Source: an uncultured Gammaproteobacteria bacterium
Lineage (GTDB): Bacteria > Pseudomonadota > Gammaproteobacteria > Chromatiales > Chromatiaceae
Direction of reading: 5' to 3'
DNA length: 64,000 bases
NCBI GenBank assembly: GCA_963698775.1
Contig: CAVOSE010000072.1
Span: forward strand, 4,720-68,719
Within the stretch, counting starts at the first letter, position 1; each line of letters starts with the position of its first letter. Shown piece by piece: positions 21,188 to 32,883 of this stretch. The notes under the pieces are model-generated. The model saw nothing but the letters and a program-made list of their open reading frames with translations. It was not told the DNA's origin and made no database searches. Position numbers and translations under genes: made by a program.

Positions 21188-22357
21188 GTGGGTTTAGCAT
21201 TGAATTCATACATCAATAGCCTCGGGTCTATGCTGCTTTGCCTTGCCGCCAGTGCGGCGATCGCCGGGGATGCGGCCATGCTGCCCGGCACGGACGAGAT
21301 CAGCGAAACCGAAACCGCGGTGATCGACGCTGCCGCCGTGGCGGACATCGACACGCTGTTGGATCGGCTTGCTGACAACCGCGTGGTGTTCGTTGGTGAG
21401 TCACACGACCGCTACGAAGATCATTTGAACCAACTCGCCATCATTGCCGGCCTGCGGGCGCGGGGCAAGGACCTCGCCATCGGCATGGAATTCTTCCAGC
21501 AGCCGTTTCAGCCGCATCTCGATGCCTTCGTCGCCGGCGAGCTCGGCGAAGGCGATTTGCTGCGTCAAACCGAGTATTTCGAGCGTTGGCGCTTCGATTA
21601 CCGGTTGTACCGGCCCATCTTGCGTTTCGCCCGTGACAACGGCATTCCATTGGTGGCGCTGAACCTAGAGAAGGAGATTACAGATCAGGTGGGCGATGGC
21701 GGCATCGCGTCCCTGAGTGCAGCCGACGCAAGCCGCATTCCGGCGGACATCGAGCGCGACAACGATGAGTACCGCAACTATATGAAAGCGGTGTTCGACA
21801 TGCATCCGAAAGGCGAGGATGCGGACTTCGAGCATTTCCTGGACGTGCAGTTGCTGTGGGACGAGGGCATGGCCGAGCGTGCCGCGCGCTATCTACAGGC
21901 GCATCCTGACAAGACCTTGGTCGTGCTGGCCGGCTCCGGCCATGTCGAGTATGGTCGTGGCATTCCATCGCGGCTGCAGCGGCGCCTGCCGTTGCCCTCG
22001 GCGACGGTGATCAACGGCACGCTGCGTTCGTTCGATCCGAAGATGGCCGACTTTATCCTTTACCCGCGTGAGGTCGCGCTGCCCAAGACCGGGCTGCTCG
22101 GTGTCATGCTCGACACCGAATCCGACGGTGAGGGCATCGGGGTGCAGGGCTTCGCCGAGAACAGTGGTGCCAAGACCGCCGGTGTCGAGGAGGGCGATCG
22201 CATCGTGCGGGTCGCCGATATCCCCGTCGATGGATATGCCGACATCCGGATTGCGTTGATGGACCGTCTCCCAGGTGAAAAACTGCCGGTGGAGATTTTG
22301 CGCAAGCCCTTGCTTGGCGATCCGGAGCGCCTCCAGTTCGAGGTGGAGTTGCATTAG
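21188..22357 (+). CDS. ChaN-family (haem-binding uptake/Tiki superfamily) protein with C-terminal PDZ
   Basis: VFVGESHD, GMEFF, YRPILRFA, QLLWDEGMA, AGSGH; PDZ LGVML...GVEEGDRI. The start may be at 21230. Confidence 0.85.
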   Translation: MGLALNSYINSLGSMLLCLAASAAIAGDAAMLPGTDEISETETAVIDAAAVADIDTLLDRLADNRVVFVGESHDRYEDHLNQLAIIAGLRARGKDLAIGMEFFQQPFQPHLDAFVAGELGEGDLLRQTEYFERWRFDYRLYRPILRFARDNGIPLVALNLEKEITDQVGDGGIASLSAADASRIPADIERDNDEYRNYMKAVFDMHPKGEDADFEHFLDVQLLWDEGMAERAARYLQAHPDKTLVVLAGSGHVEYGRGIPSRLQRRLPLPSATVINGTLRSFDPKMADFILYPREVALPKTGLLGVMLDTESDGEGIGVQGFAENSGAKTAGVEEGDRIVRVADIPVDGYADIRIALMDRLPGEKLPVEILRKPLLGDPERLQFEVELH

Positions 22358-22434
22358 CGTGTGAACCGGGAGCGCCGGTTTTCGAACCGGCGCGTTGCAG
22401 GCGGTCGACGGCAAAGAAAGCGATGGTCCCGGTG

Positions 22435-22520
22435 AACCAAGATTTAGCAGCTCGCGTCGAGCCTCTACTCGCGACTGAAGTCGCCCCTTGTACGCCCAGA
22501 GCAACTGCCGGATTACGGGT
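22435..22520 (-). repeat. Internally deleted family A MITE/REPIN-like element
   Basis: The reverse complement begins ACCCGTAATCCGGCAGTTGCT, contains GGGGCGACTTCAGTCGC and ends AAATCTTGGTT. Confidence 0.65.
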
Positions 22521-22613
22521 CAGGCCAACGGGCCCGCCTCCCGGGGCGCCGCGGCATCGACTGAAACATCGTCTCTCTGACTCCTTGCAAAGTAGCGCGA
22601 AAATTTCACTTCT

Positions 22614-23990
22614 ATGCCTAAACCCGCGCCCCGCCCCCCAGAACTACTAGCCCCCGCCGGCACGCTGAAAAACCTCCGTTATGCGTTGGCCTACGGGGCC
22701 GATGCGGTGTATGCCGGCGTGCCGCGTTACAGCCTTCGGGTGCGCAACAACGATTTTGATCTCGACAATCTCGCCGCCGGCATCGCGTTGACCCACGCAC
22801 AGGGTCGGCGTTTCTACTTGGCCGCCAACGTCATGCCCCATGGCGCCAAGTTGAGGACCTTCCTTGACGATATGGCGCCCGTGGCGGAGCTGGCGCCGGA
22901 TGCGCTGATCATGGCCGATCCAGGGCTGATCATGCTGGTGCGTGAGCGTTGGCCGGAACTGGAAATTCACCTGTCGGTGCAGGCCAACACCACGAATGCC
23001 GCCGCTGTGCGCTTCTGGCAACAGCAGGGCGTGGCGCGCGTGATCTTGTCTCGAGAATTGTCGCTTGCGGAGATTGCGGAGATTCGTGACGCCTGCCCGG
23101 ATATCGCGTTGGAGGTGTTCGTGCATGGTGCGCTGTGCATCGCCTACTCCGGCCGTTGTCTGCTCTCGGGCTACTTCAACCATCGCGATGCCAACCAAGG
23201 CACCTGCACCAATGCCTGCCGCTGGGAATACCGGGTCGCGCGTGCCGAGGGGCAGCCCGCGTGCGGTGATGGGATGGCCGCGGCGCAGTCTGCCCACGGC
23301 GTGCCGATTGCCGCCGATGACCTGCTGCATGCTATGCCGGCGGACGCCAATGCGCGACATCCTGCCGCCGACGAGGTCTGGCTACTGGAGGAGGCGCAAC
23401 GCCCGGGCGAGTACATGCCGGTGTTCGAGGACGAGAACGGCACCTACATCATGAACGCTCGCGATCTGCGGGCGGTGGAGCATGTACAGCAACTCGCTGC
23501 GATGGGCATCGATTGCCTCAAGATCGAGGGCCGGACCAAGTCTCACTACTACGCCGCCCGCACCGCCCGGGTGTATCGCCAGGCGATCGATGACGCGGTC
23601 GCTGGCAAGGCGTTCCAACGTGAGTTGCTGACCGAGTTGGAGGGTCTTGCAAATCGTGGCTATACCGAGGGTTTTTATCGCCGACATGCGCCCGCGGAGC
23701 TGCAGAACTATACCGACGGCGCGTCGCGTAATCAGCGGCGCATCTTCGTTGGGGAGGTGCTGACGCATGACCCGGCGACGGGGCTGGCCGAGGTCGATGT
23801 CAAGAATCGATTCGACATCGGCGACGAGTTGGAACTGATCACGCCGCGCGGCAGCGAGCACTTTCGGCTCGACGCCTTGACAGCACTTGACGGATGTCCC
23901 TTGGAGGCCGCATTGGGCTCTGGCTGGCGGGTGCTGGTGCGGATGCCGGTGGCGGACGCAAGCATGGGATTGATTGCGCGTGTGCTGTAG
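22614..23990 (+). CDS. trhP: tRNA 5-hydroxyuridine modification protein (U32 family, YegQ/TrhP)
   Basis: PELLAPAG, HLSVQAN, HGALCIAYSGRCLLSGY, CTNACRW, LKIEGRTKS. Confidence 0.93.
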   Translation: MPKPAPRPPELLAPAGTLKNLRYALAYGADAVYAGVPRYSLRVRNNDFDLDNLAAGIALTHAQGRRFYLAANVMPHGAKLRTFLDDMAPVAELAPDALIMADPGLIMLVRERWPELEIHLSVQANTTNAAAVRFWQQQGVARVILSRELSLAEIAEIRDACPDIALEVFVHGALCIAYSGRCLLSGYFNHRDANQGTCTNACRWEYRVARAEGQPACGDGMAAAQSAHGVPIAADDLLHAMPADANARHPAADEVWLLEEAQRPGEYMPVFEDENGTYIMNARDLRAVEHVQQLAAMGIDCLKIEGRTKSHYYAARTARVYRQAIDDAVAGKAFQRELLTELEGLANRGYTEGFYRRHAPAELQNYTDGASRNQRRIFVGEVLTHDPATGLAEVDVKNRFDIGDELELITPRGSEHFRLDALTALDGCPLEAALGSGWRVLVRMPVADASMGLIARVL

Positions 23991-24094
23991 CCCGGGACAC
24001 CGCATCCTGATGGTGGGGCAAGCTGTGTCGGCCAAACGGGAAACGGCTCGCCTTCTCGGGTATCCTCCGTGGGCAGTCAACCAGCGGCACGACA

Positions 24095-25711
24095 ATGAAA
24101 ATGTTGCGACATCGCCTGCGGGCGCTGAGCATGACCCTTTGTTTACTCATCGGTGTCTCAGATCTGAACCACGCGGGCGAAGCCGCTGAGCCGGATGAGC
24201 CCGCCTTCGGCTTGGTCGAGGCCGATCTCGCAACCATTCAGGCTGCGTTCGACGCGGAAAGCCTGAGCGCCGCGGTGCTAACGCTCGCCTACCTCGATCG
24301 TATCGACGCGCTCGATGTCGAAGGGCCCCGTCTCAATAGCTTGATCTCGGTCGATGCCGAGGTTCTGGCTGAGGCGCGCGCGCTGGATGCGGAACGCGCC
24401 AAGAAAGGGCCTCGGGGTCCTTTGCATGGCGTTCCCATTGTGGTCAAGGACTCGGTCGACAGTGTCGGCCTGCCGACCACCGGTGGCTCCGCTGCATTGC
24501 GCGGGCACGAGCCCTTCTACGATGCCACCGTCGTCGCCCGTCTCCGAGACGCCGGTGCAATCGTGCTCGGTAAGGCGAATCTGAGTGAGCTTCAATTGCC
24601 CTTCGGACGCTACGGCTACAGCTCCGCCGGCGGTCAGACGCGCAATCCTTACAATCTGCGCCGCACTCCACATAGCTGTGCGGCCGCAGCGGCGGTCGCG
24701 GCAAACCTCGCGGTGCTTGGCGTTGGCACCGATACCGTCGGAGAACTGAGAGGCTCCGCTTCAGTGAGTGCTCTAGTTGGCATCAGGCCCACGCTCGGTC
24801 TCACCAGTCGCGCGGGTGTGATTCCGACCGCGCTATCGCTGGATGTGACCGGGCCGTTGGCGCGCTCCGTGCGCGATGCCGCGATCATGCTCGATGTGAT
24901 GGCCGGTGCCGATGAGGCCGATCCGCGCACCGCCGAGCGGGTGTCTGTCGCGACCTTGGGTTACACCGACGCCCTGGACGCCGACGCGCTCAAGGACGCG
25001 CGCATCGGCATCCTTGCGCAGTACAAGGGCGGTAATCGCGAGGTCGATGCTGCATTTCAACAAAGCCTGAAGACACTGAAGGCGCAGGGCGCGGTGACCA
25101 TTGAGGTCAAACTGCCCGAGGAGCTGGACGCCGGCTGGCAGGACATGCTCGGCCGGGTCCTGGAGACCGAGCTGCGCGATCAACTCGGCGCCTATCTGCG
25201 TAACACCGAGGAGGGCATGCCGCACAGCCTGGCGGACCTGCTGCGGATGAGCGAATCGCCCCTGATCGCGGGTTCCGATAGCCCGGTCCATTCTGGCCGG
25301 CTCGGCGCTTATCGCAACGCCTTGCAGAGCCCAGGACTCGCGAATCTGACCTATCTCGACATCCTCTCTTACCGCATGCCGGCGGCGCGTGCCGCGCTGC
25401 TCGCCTTGTTGGACGGGAAGGAGCTGGATGCCCTGGCCATGCCAACCTTGCTCTGTCCGGCGGCATCACTGCTCGACGACTACGACAGCAGTTATGAATG
25501 CGATGTCGACGACCCGGCTCGGACAGCCTACCTCGCATCGGCGACGGGCTTCCCGGAGATCACCCTGCCGATGGGCTTCAGCGAGCAAGGTCTGCCTTTG
25601 GGCCTATCGCTGCTTGGTCGTCCCTTTAGCGAAGCACGGCTGATCGCTTTGGCCTATGCCTTGGAACAAGCCGAGCCACACCGCCGGCCGCCGGATCTTG
25701 CGGCCGAATGA
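24095..25711 (+). CDS. Secreted amidase-signature family protein with degenerate catalytic motifs
   Basis: GPLHGVPIVVKD, GAIVLGKANLSE, GIRPTLG, DVTGPLARSV, GLPLGL are present, but GGSSxG and GTDTGGS are altered. Confidence 0.85.
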   Translation: MKMLRHRLRALSMTLCLLIGVSDLNHAGEAAEPDEPAFGLVEADLATIQAAFDAESLSAAVLTLAYLDRIDALDVEGPRLNSLISVDAEVLAEARALDAERAKKGPRGPLHGVPIVVKDSVDSVGLPTTGGSAALRGHEPFYDATVVARLRDAGAIVLGKANLSELQLPFGRYGYSSAGGQTRNPYNLRRTPHSCAAAAAVAANLAVLGVGTDTVGELRGSASVSALVGIRPTLGLTSRAGVIPTALSLDVTGPLARSVRDAAIMLDVMAGADEADPRTAERVSVATLGYTDALDADALKDARIGILAQYKGGNREVDAAFQQSLKTLKAQGAVTIEVKLPEELDAGWQDMLGRVLETELRDQLGAYLRNTEEGMPHSLADLLRMSESPLIAGSDSPVHSGRLGAYRNALQSPGLANLTYLDILSYRMPAARAALLALLDGKELDALAMPTLLCPAASLLDDYDSSYECDVDDPARTAYLASATGFPEITLPMGFSEQGLPLGLSLLGRPFSEARLIALAYALEQAEPHRRPPDLAAE

Positions 25712-25761
25712 GCCGCCCTCGGGAGCGCGGGTATCTTGCCGGCCGCGGTGCGAAACCAGAC

Positions 25762-26484
25762 TCAAACTGACTCAGCGGGACCGACCGCGCACACTTCGAC
25801 CGCATTGTCTTCAATGACCCAGACGACATCGACGTCGAACAGGCGCAGCGCGAAGCGACGTCGCTCGGGGTAGCGGTCCATATAGCCGGGGCGGGGATCC
25901 TGGGCGATGACCTGCTCGATCAGTTCGCGCAGCCGCAAGCGGCCGTCCGGGTCATGCGCCGCGATGCCGGCGACCGCCCCGTCGCTGAAGCGGACTGGCC
26001 ACTGGGTTGCTGGTGATGCGCGTGCGAAGCCGCCGCTGGCCTCCGCGATGCTGTCCGCGTAGGGCACGTAGGGCTTGATATCGAGCACGGGGGTACCGTC
26101 CAGCAGATCGACGCCACGTAGCCGCAGCGCCAGACCGCCCGCGGTGCGCTCCAAGCCCTGATGTGCCACCGCCGATAGACCGATGGGGTTTGGTCGGTAG
26201 GGCGCGCGGCTGGCGAATACGCCCACCTTTTGACGCCCGCCCAGCCGCGGCGGGCGCACCGTCGGCCGCCAGCCGGCGTCGAGACAGTCTTGATGAAAGA
26301 CGAACAGCAGCCAGACGTGGGAGAAGCCGTCGAGCCCGGCGAAGGCGGCCTCCTGCGCATAGGGCGGCAACAGTTCCAGCCGCGCCTCGGCCGCATCCAC
26401 CAGCCGCGGCTGGCGCGGAATACCGAACTTGCCGGTGAACGGAGAGCGGATGATGCCGATCGGTTCGAACTGGAAGGCGGGCAT
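25762..26484 (-). CDS. trmO: tRNA (t6A37)-N6-methyltransferase TrmO/TsaA
   Basis: KFGIPRQP, VRPPRLGG, GVFASRAPYRPNPIG, DLLDGTPVLDIKPY, QDPRP. Confidence 0.95.
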   Translation of the reverse strand: MPAFQFEPIGIIRSPFTGKFGIPRQPRLVDAAEARLELLPPYAQEAAFAGLDGFSHVWLLFVFHQDCLDAGWRPTVRPPRLGGRQKVGVFASRAPYRPNPIGLSAVAHQGLERTAGGLALRLRGVDLLDGTPVLDIKPYVPYADSIAEASGGFARASPATQWPVRFSDGAVAGIAAHDPDGRLRLRELIEQVIAQDPRPGYMDRYPERRRFALRLFDVDVVWVIEDNAVEVCAVGPAESV

Positions 26485-26489
26485 CTCTT

Positions 26490-26540
26490 AGAAGTTTGAA
26501 GTTTGAAGGATTTGAAGGATGAAGGGTGACGGGTGACGGG
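26490..26540. repeat. Degenerate 7-bp intergenic tandem repeat
   Basis: gaagttt gaagttt gaaggattt gaaggat gaagggt gacgggt gacggg. Confidence 0.75.
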
Positions 26541-26616
26541 TTGGCATGCCTGTTGGGGGCCTGTGGCGTATCATTCAGCGGTGTTTGTCTTTGCCGTCCC
26601 TTGAACGGAGTCTTCC

Positions 26617-29600
26617 GTGATGCTTTGTCTGCGTGGTGCCCCCGCACTCTCTGATTTCCGTCTTGCTAAGCTGACCGCAAGGTTACGCGAGGTTGGGCTC
26701 GTCGATGTTAGGCTTTTCGCCGAGTTCATGCATTTCGCCGATCTTGAGCGGCCATTGGAGGCCGGGGAACAGCCGGTGTTGGAGGCGTTGCTGCGCTATG
26801 GCCCGAGCGTTCCGGCGGAGCGCGACGAGGCCGAGGGTCGGCTGGTGTTGGTGGTGCCGCGGCCCGGCACGATCTCGCCTTGGTCGTCGAAGGCGACGGA
26901 TATTGCGCACAACAGTGGCTTGACGCGGGTGCGGCGCCTGGAGCGGGGCACCGCCTTCTATTTGTCGGGCGACGGCATCGATGAGTCGATGTTGCAGATC
27001 GCCGCGGGCCTGCTGCATGACCGCATGACGGAGATCGCGCTGTTCGACCTGGCCGATGCCGACCGGCTGTTTCGGCAGGCCGAGCCGCGTCCATGTACAA
27101 GCGTCGACCTGCTGAGCGGCGGGCGCGACGCGTTGGTGGCCGCCAACGGCGCGTTGGGGCTGGCCCTGTCCGACGACGAGATCGACTACCTGGTCGAGAG
27201 CTTCGGCGCGCTGGGCCGCAACCCTACCGATATCGAGCTGATGATGTTCGCGCAGGCCAACTCCGAGCACTGCCGGCACAAGATCTTCAATGCCGACTGG
27301 ATCATCGACGGTGAACCGCAACCGCTGTCGCTGTTCGCGATGATCCGCAACACCACCGAGCGTGCGCCCGACGGTGTCTTGTCGGCCTACAAGGACAACG
27401 CCGCGGTGATCGAGGGCTGGCCGGGCAACCGCTTCATGGCCTTGCCGGACGGCGGTGTCTATGGCCGCAGCGCCGAGCCGGTGCAGATCCTGATGAAGGT
27501 GGAGACCCATAATCATCCCACCGCCATCGCGCCGGACCCCGGCGCAGCCACCGGCTCCGGTGGCGAGATCCGCGACGAGGGCGCCACCGGTCGCGGCTCC
27601 AAGCCGAAGGCCGGCCTGTGCGGCTTCTCCGTCTCGAACCTGCGGATACCGGGCTTCGAGCAGCCCTGGGAACAGGCGTCGGAACAGGACTGGGGTCGGC
27701 CGGCGCGCATCGTCTCTGCGCTGGACATCATGCTGGAGGGCCCCATCGGCGCCGCCGCCTTCAATAACGAGTTCGGCCGGCCGAACCTGGCAGGCTGGTT
27801 TCGCACCTTCGAGCAGCGGGTGCCGGCCGTCGCGGGTTCCGGCGCCGAGCATGAACTGCGCGGTTATCACAAACCCATCATGCTCGCCGGCGGCGTCGGC
27901 AATATCCGCGCCGAGCACGTCGAAAAGTCCGCGTTTCCGGCCGGTACACCGCTGGTGGTGCTGGGCGGCCCGGCGATGCTGATCGGCCTCGGTGGCGGTG
28001 CCGCATCGAGCATGGCCAGCGGCGCGTCCGCCGAGGATTTGGACTTTGCGTCGGTGCAGCGCGCCAATCCGGAAATGGAGCGTCGCTGTCAGGAGGTCAT
28101 TGACCGCTGTTGGGCACGCGGCGATGCCAACCCGATCCTGTTCATCCACGACGTCGGCGCCGGCGGCCTGTCCAACGCGCTACCGGAATTGGTGCATGAC
28201 GGGGCCATCGGGGCTGCGGGTGAGGGTACCGGCGGCGGTCGCTTCGAACTGCGGCGGGTGCCGAACGCCGATGCCGGCCTGTCGCCGATGGAGATCTGGT
28301 GCAACGAGGCGCAGGAACGCTATGTGCTGGCGGTGGCGCGCGAACGGTTGGCCGAGTTCGAGGCCATCTGTGCCCGCGAGCGTTGCCCCTATGCCGTGGT
28401 CGGCGAGGCCGGCGCCGAGCCCCAGCTGACGGTTGCCGATGCGCACTTCGACAACGCCCCCATCGACATGCCCATGGGCCTGCTGTTCGGCAAGCCGCCG
28501 AAGATGCTGCGCGACGTGACCAGTAGGCAGCCTCCGGCGCCGGCCTTTTCCAGCGCGGACCTGGACCTGGCGGATGCGGTGCGGCGCGTCCTGCGCTTGC
28601 CGACGGTGGCGGACAAGACCTTTCTCATCAGCATCGGCGACCGCAGCATCACCGGTCTGGTCGCCCGCGACCAGATGGTCGGCCCCTGGCAGGTGCCGGT
28701 GGCGGACTGCGCGGTGACGCTGACCGACTACGACGGCATCACCGGCGAGGCCATGGCGCTTGGCGAACGCACGCCGCTGGGCTTGCTGGATGCCCCAGCC
28801 TCGGGCCGTATGGCGGTGGCTGAGGCGATCACCAACATCGCCGCCGCGCCCATCGCGCGACTCGGCGACATCAAACTCTCCGCCAACTGGATGGCCGCCG
28901 CCGGTCATCCCGGTGAGGACGCCCGCCTGTATGAGACCGTGCGCGCGGTGGGTATGGAACTGTGCCCGGCGCTCGGCATCGCGATCCCGGTGGGCAAGGA
29001 CTCCATGAGCATGAAGACGGTCTGGCAAAGACCCGGAAAGGGTTCCGGCGCGGACGGCGGCGAGCGTCTGGAAATGACCGCGCCGCTGTCGCTGATCGTC
29101 TCGGCCTTCGCGCCGGTGACCGATGCCCGGCGCTGCCTGACGCCGCAATTGCGCACCGTCTTTGGCGAGACCGAGCTAATTCTCATCGACCTCGGACGCG
29201 GACGGAATCGGCTGGGTGGCTCCTGCCTGGCCCAGGTATACGGACTGATCGGCAACGAACCGCCGGACCTGGACGAACCCGGTCTGCTGGCAGGCCTGTT
29301 CAGCGCCATCCAGGCGCTCAACGCCCAGGGCTGGCTGCTGGCCTACCACGATCGCTCCGACGGCGGTCTGCTCGTGACCCTGTGTGAGATGGCCTTTGCC
29401 GGGCGCTGCGGCATCGACATCAACATCGATATAGCCCTGCGGCAGGGCGCCGATCCGGTCGCGGCCCTGTTCGCCGAGGAATTGGGCGCCGTGGTGCAGG
29501 TGCGCCGGGAAGACGTCCAGCCGGTGCTGGCGCTGTTGTCGGAGCACGGGCTCGGCGACTGCTGCCGCGTCGTCGGTGTGCTTACCGAGAGCGACCGCAT

Positions 29601-30612
29601 CGTCATCCGCGATGCCGATGCGACGCTGCTCGACGCGAGCCGCGCCGACCTGCAACGGTTGTGGTCCGAGACCAGTTGGCAGATGCAGCGCCTGCGCGAC
29701 AACCCGGACTGCGCCGACGAGGAGCACGCCCGCATCGACACCGACGACCCCGGCCTGCACGCGGCGTTGGGCTTCGATCCGGCCGACGACCTGACCGCGC
29801 CGCTGACGGCCGCCATGGTCAATAGTGGCGCGCGACCGCGCCTGGCGGTGCTGCGCGAGCAGGGCGTCAACGGCCAGATCGAGATGGCCGCCGCGTTCGA
29901 CCGCGCCGGCTTCGAATGCGTCGACGTGCACATGTCCGACATCATCGCCGGCCGGGTCGAACTCACCGGTTTCAAGGGCCTCGCCGCCTGCGGCGGTTTC
30001 AGTTATGGCGACGTGCTGGGTGCCGGCGAGGGCTGGGCCAAGACCATCCTGTTCAACCCGCGGGCGCGGGAGCAGTTCCAGGCCTTCTTCGAGCGCGCAG
30101 ACAGCTTCGCGCTGGGCGTTTGCAACGGCTGCCAGATGCTCGCCAACCTGCGTGAGCTGATCCCCGGCAGCGCCCACTGGCCGCATTTTGTGCGCAACCG
30201 CTCCGAGCAGTTCGAGGCCCGCTTCGTGCTAGTCGAGGTGCTTCCGTCGCCGTCGATCCTGCTGCAGGGTATGGCCGGCTCGCGCATGCCCATCGCCGTC
30301 GCCCACGGCGAGGGCCGTGCCGAATTCCGCGATGCCGAGCAACTGGCCGCGGCCCAGCCCCTGGTCACCCTGCGCTATGTCGAGACCGCGGGCGAACCGG
30401 GCCGGATCGGGGCCGAGCACTATCCCGCCAACCCGAACGGCTCGCCGCTGGGCATCACCGGCCTGACCAGTTTGGATGGCCGCGTCACCATCATGATGCC
30501 CCACCCCGAACGCGTTTTCCGCAGCGTGCAGCATTCATGGCACCCGGACCACTGGGGTGAGGACGGCCCCTGGCTCAGGCTGTTCCGAAATGCGCGGGTG
30601 TGGGTCAATTAG
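26617..30612 (+). CDS. purL: Phosphoribosylformylglycinamidine synthase (large type)
   Basis: [47 protein letters not shown]; 1331 aa. Confidence 0.98.
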   Translation: MMLCLRGAPALSDFRLAKLTARLREVGLVDVRLFAEFMHFADLERPLEAGEQPVLEALLRYGPSVPAERDEAEGRLVLVVPRPGTISPWSSKATDIAHNSGLTRVRRLERGTAFYLSGDGIDESMLQIAAGLLHDRMTEIALFDLADADRLFRQAEPRPCTSVDLLSGGRDALVAANGALGLALSDDEIDYLVESFGALGRNPTDIELMMFAQANSEHCRHKIFNADWIIDGEPQPLSLFAMIRNTTERAPDGVLSAYKDNAAVIEGWPGNRFMALPDGGVYGRSAEPVQILMKVETHNHPTAIAPDPGAATGSGGEIRDEGATGRGSKPKAGLCGFSVSNLRIPGFEQPWEQASEQDWGRPARIVSALDIMLEGPIGAAAFNNEFGRPNLAGWFRTFEQRVPAVAGSGAEHELRGYHKPIMLAGGVGNIRAEHVEKSAFPAGTPLVVLGGPAMLIGLGGGAASSMASGASAEDLDFASVQRANPEMERRCQEVIDRCWARGDANPILFIHDVGAGGLSNALPELVHDGAIGAAGEGTGGGRFELRRVPNADAGLSPMEIWCNEAQERYVLAVARERLAEFEAICARERCPYAVVGEAGAEPQLTVADAHFDNAPIDMPMGLLFGKPPKMLRDVTSRQPPAPAFSSADLDLADAVRRVLRLPTVADKTFLISIGDRSITGLVARDQMVGPWQVPVADCAVTLTDYDGITGEAMALGERTPLGLLDAPASGRMAVAEAITNIAAAPIARLGDIKLSANWMAAAGHPGEDARLYETVRAVGMELCPALGIAIPVGKDSMSMKTVWQRPGKGSGADGGERLEMTAPLSLIVSAFAPVTDARRCLTPQLRTVFGETELILIDLGRGRNRLGGSCLAQVYGLIGNEPPDLDEPGLLAGLFSAIQALNAQGWLLAYHDRSDGGLLVTLCEMAFAGRCGIDINIDIALRQGADPVAALFAEELGAVVQVRREDVQPVLALLSEHGLGDCCRVVGVLTESDRIVIRDADATLLDASRADLQRLWSETSWQMQRLRDNPDCADEEHARIDTDDPGLHAALGFDPADDLTAPLTAAMVNSGARPRLAVLREQGVNGQIEMAAAFDRAGFECVDVHMSDIIAGRVELTGFKGLAACGGFSYGDVLGAGEGWAKTILFNPRAREQFQAFFERADSFALGVCNGCQMLANLRELIPGSAHWPHFVRNRSEQFEARFVLVEVLPSPSILLQGMAGSRMPIAVAHGEGRAEFRDAEQLAAAQPLVTLRYVETAGEPGRIGAEHYPANPNGSPLGITGLTSLDGRVTIMMPHPERVFRSVQHSWHPDHWGEDGPWLRLFRNARVWVN

Positions 30613-30738
30613 CCGCTTAGTTCCAACGATTGGTCAACAAACCTCAACCGACGCTGATCGGTTGCGACTATCGCGGCTGGGTCGTGGCTTGCCTCTATGC
30701 CTGCCGCGCGGTACATGCGTACGAGACAGCGACTGGAC

Positions 30739-31008
30739 ATGACCACGACCAGCATTCGTCTTCCCGATAAGCTGAAGCAGCGGCTAGCCCGCGCGGCCGA
30801 GAATGCGGGTCAGACCCCGCAGGCCTTCATGCTGGAGGCCATCGCCGAGCGGGTCAGGGCGGAGGAGCAGCGCAGCGCCTTCCAAGAGGCCGCTGAGCAG
30901 CGCTACGTGCGCATCGTCGAGTCCGGTGAGACCATCCCTTGGTCCTCCATGCGCGAGCTGATCATCGGCCGACGCTCTCGGGGCTATGTAGCGCTGTTCG
31001 CGCCTTGA
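30739..31008 (+). pseudogene. RHH antitoxin fused to an internal fragment of a RelE/ParE toxin
   Basis: MTTTSIRLPDKLKQRL...AEQRYVRIVESGETIPW (RHH antitoxin) followed directly by [15 protein letters not shown]. Confidence 0.65.
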
Positions 31009-32297
31009 AGCGCCAGCAGCGCGGCACCGTAGGCTGCGTCCTGGTGCGCGGCGGTCGTGACCGGTACGCCAAGCATCCGTTGTCTGATGTCTGTCCAGAT
31101 TGCATTGCGTGCGCCACCGCCGGTGCTCAGGACGCGCCGCGGTAATGGTGCCCCGAGTTCCGTCAGGCGTGCATAACCAGCTTGCTCGATGCGCGCGATG
31201 CCTTCGAGCAGGCCCTGGAGAAAGCGGACATCATCAGTGGGGCGCGGTGTTAGCCGCGTCTGAAGAGTCGGATCGGCGATTGGAAATCGTTCGCCCGCCG
31301 CCGGCAGTGGATAATAGTCGAGGCCGGATGGGCGTTCCGGATCGATGGCGGCCGATAGCCGTTGCAGCTGTGCGTCGTCGAAGAACTGCCGGAGGACCAC
31401 GCCGCCGCTATTGGACGCGCCGCCGACTAACCAGCGCTGACCCAGACGTTGGCTGTAAACGCCAAACTCAGGGGCAGACACCGGTCGGTCCGCCACCAGT
31501 TTCAGTACTAGCGTGCTGCCAAGACTGGTCACCGCATCGCCCGGCGCGTTGACGCCGGTCGCGATCACCGCGGCCGTGCTGTCTGTGGTGCCGGCGCAGA
31601 TGGCTGTCCGCGATGCTAGCCCGATCTGTTGTGCGGTCTCCGCGGACAGGGTGCCCAATCGGGTACCGGGCGGATGCACTCGGGGCAACGTGACCGATGC
31701 GGGCAGAAGGGCCTTGACCCAGTCGGGCCAGGTCTGTGCCGCTGGATCGAAGCCAAGCTTTAGCGCGTTGTTCCAATCGCTGTCGCCGAAGCGTCCCAGC
31801 AGCCGGCCGATGATCCAGTCCGCCTGATGGAGCGCCAGGGCGGGTGCTATCGGGCTTCCGGGTCCTAGCGCGGTCAGATGCAGCAGCTTGGCGAGGCTGG
31901 AACTGGCGCCTTGAGCCGCGGATTCGGGCGATGCGACGGCCGCGATGCGCTTCGCCTCGTTGCGGGAGCGGCTGTCGTTGTACATCAGCGCCGGGCCGAG
32001 CGCTTTGCCGCGGGGATCGCACAGCAACAGCGTGGCCGATGTGCCGTCGACGCACAGCGCGATGTCGTCGGCGTCGTTGAAGCCCGTGGCGCGCAGCGTT
32101 GCGGCGAGTTGGGACAGCACCCGGACGGTTGCGCCCCACCATTGCTCGGGTTCTTGTTCGACCGCGCCGTCGCTTGGCCGCGTCGGCGACGGTAGGGCGG
32201 TCTCGGCGGTCGCCACGCACCGCCGCTGGGCATCGATCGCGACCGCACGGCAGCCGGAGGTGCCGATGTCGAGGCCGATGCCCAGCTGGGCGGTCAC
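30984..32297 (-). CDS. FGGY-family carbohydrate kinase
   Basis: [49 protein letters not shown]. Confidence 0.92.
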   Translation of the reverse strand: MTAQLGIGLDIGTSGCRAVAIDAQRRCVATAETALPSPTRPSDGAVEQEPEQWWGATVRVLSQLAATLRATGFNDADDIALCVDGTSATLLLCDPRGKALGPALMYNDSRSRNEAKRIAAVASPESAAQGASSSLAKLLHLTALGPGSPIAPALALHQADWIIGRLLGRFGDSDWNNALKLGFDPAAQTWPDWVKALLPASVTLPRVHPPGTRLGTLSAETAQQIGLASRTAICAGTTDSTAAVIATGVNAPGDAVTSLGSTLVLKLVADRPVSAPEFGVYSQRLGQRWLVGGASNSGGVVLRQFFDDAQLQRLSAAIDPERPSGLDYYPLPAAGERFPIADPTLQTRLTPRPTDDVRFLQGLLEGIARIEQAGYARLTELGAPLPRRVLSTGGGARNAIWTDIRQRMLGVPVTTAAHQDAAYGAALLALQGANSAT

Positions 32298-32683
32298 GGC
32301 AGTTGTACGGGCTGCGGCGGGTTCCAGCCGGGGGCGCGATGCTCGACGACGACGCTGGTGTAGATGCCGCCGCGGACGTTGAACTCGGCGGTCAGGCGCA
32401 TGAAGCGCGGCGATGTGGCGGCGACCAGTTCGGCGAGGATGCGGTTGGTGACGTCCTCATGGAAGGCGCCCTCGTCGCGAAACGACCAGACATAGAGTTT
32501 CAGCGACTTCAGCTCCACGCAGAGCGCCTCGGGCACGTACTCCAGCGTCAACTCGGCGAAATCGGGCTGGCCTGTCTTCGGACACAGGCAGGTGAACTCG
32601 GGTACCCTGATGCGGACGGTGTAGTCGCGCTCGGGTCGCGGGTTGGCAAAGGTCTCGAGCGTCTTGCTCGGGGCTGAACTCAT
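32294..32683 (-). CDS. queF: NADPH-dependent 7-cyano-7-deazaguanine reductase (type I)
   Basis: [33 protein letters not shown]. Confidence 0.96.
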   Translation of the reverse strand: MSSAPSKTLETFANPRPERDYTVRIRVPEFTCLCPKTGQPDFAELTLEYVPEALCVELKSLKLYVWSFRDEGAFHEDVTNRILAELVAATSPRFMRLTAEFNVRGGIYTSVVVEHRAPGWNPPQPVQLP

Positions 32684-32883
32684 GTTGGCATCTCCAATAA
32701 GGGTCGGCTTGATCGCCGTCGTCGTGTCGGGCCCGAGCGCGGCACCGACGGCTTAAACCCGCCAGTCTAGCAGGCCCTAAGGACCCAGTGCGCGGGGCTG
32801 TTTCGCCTGTATTCGGCTGCATGGATTAGGCTTTAGGTCAACCCGTGCTTGTTCGTTGAATTCGCCTTCAGTATCTTTCCGAG

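Noticed and set aside
26541-26557. Sigma54-like TTGGCATGCCTGTTGG upstream of purL
   Set aside because: The -12 GC dinucleotide is absent
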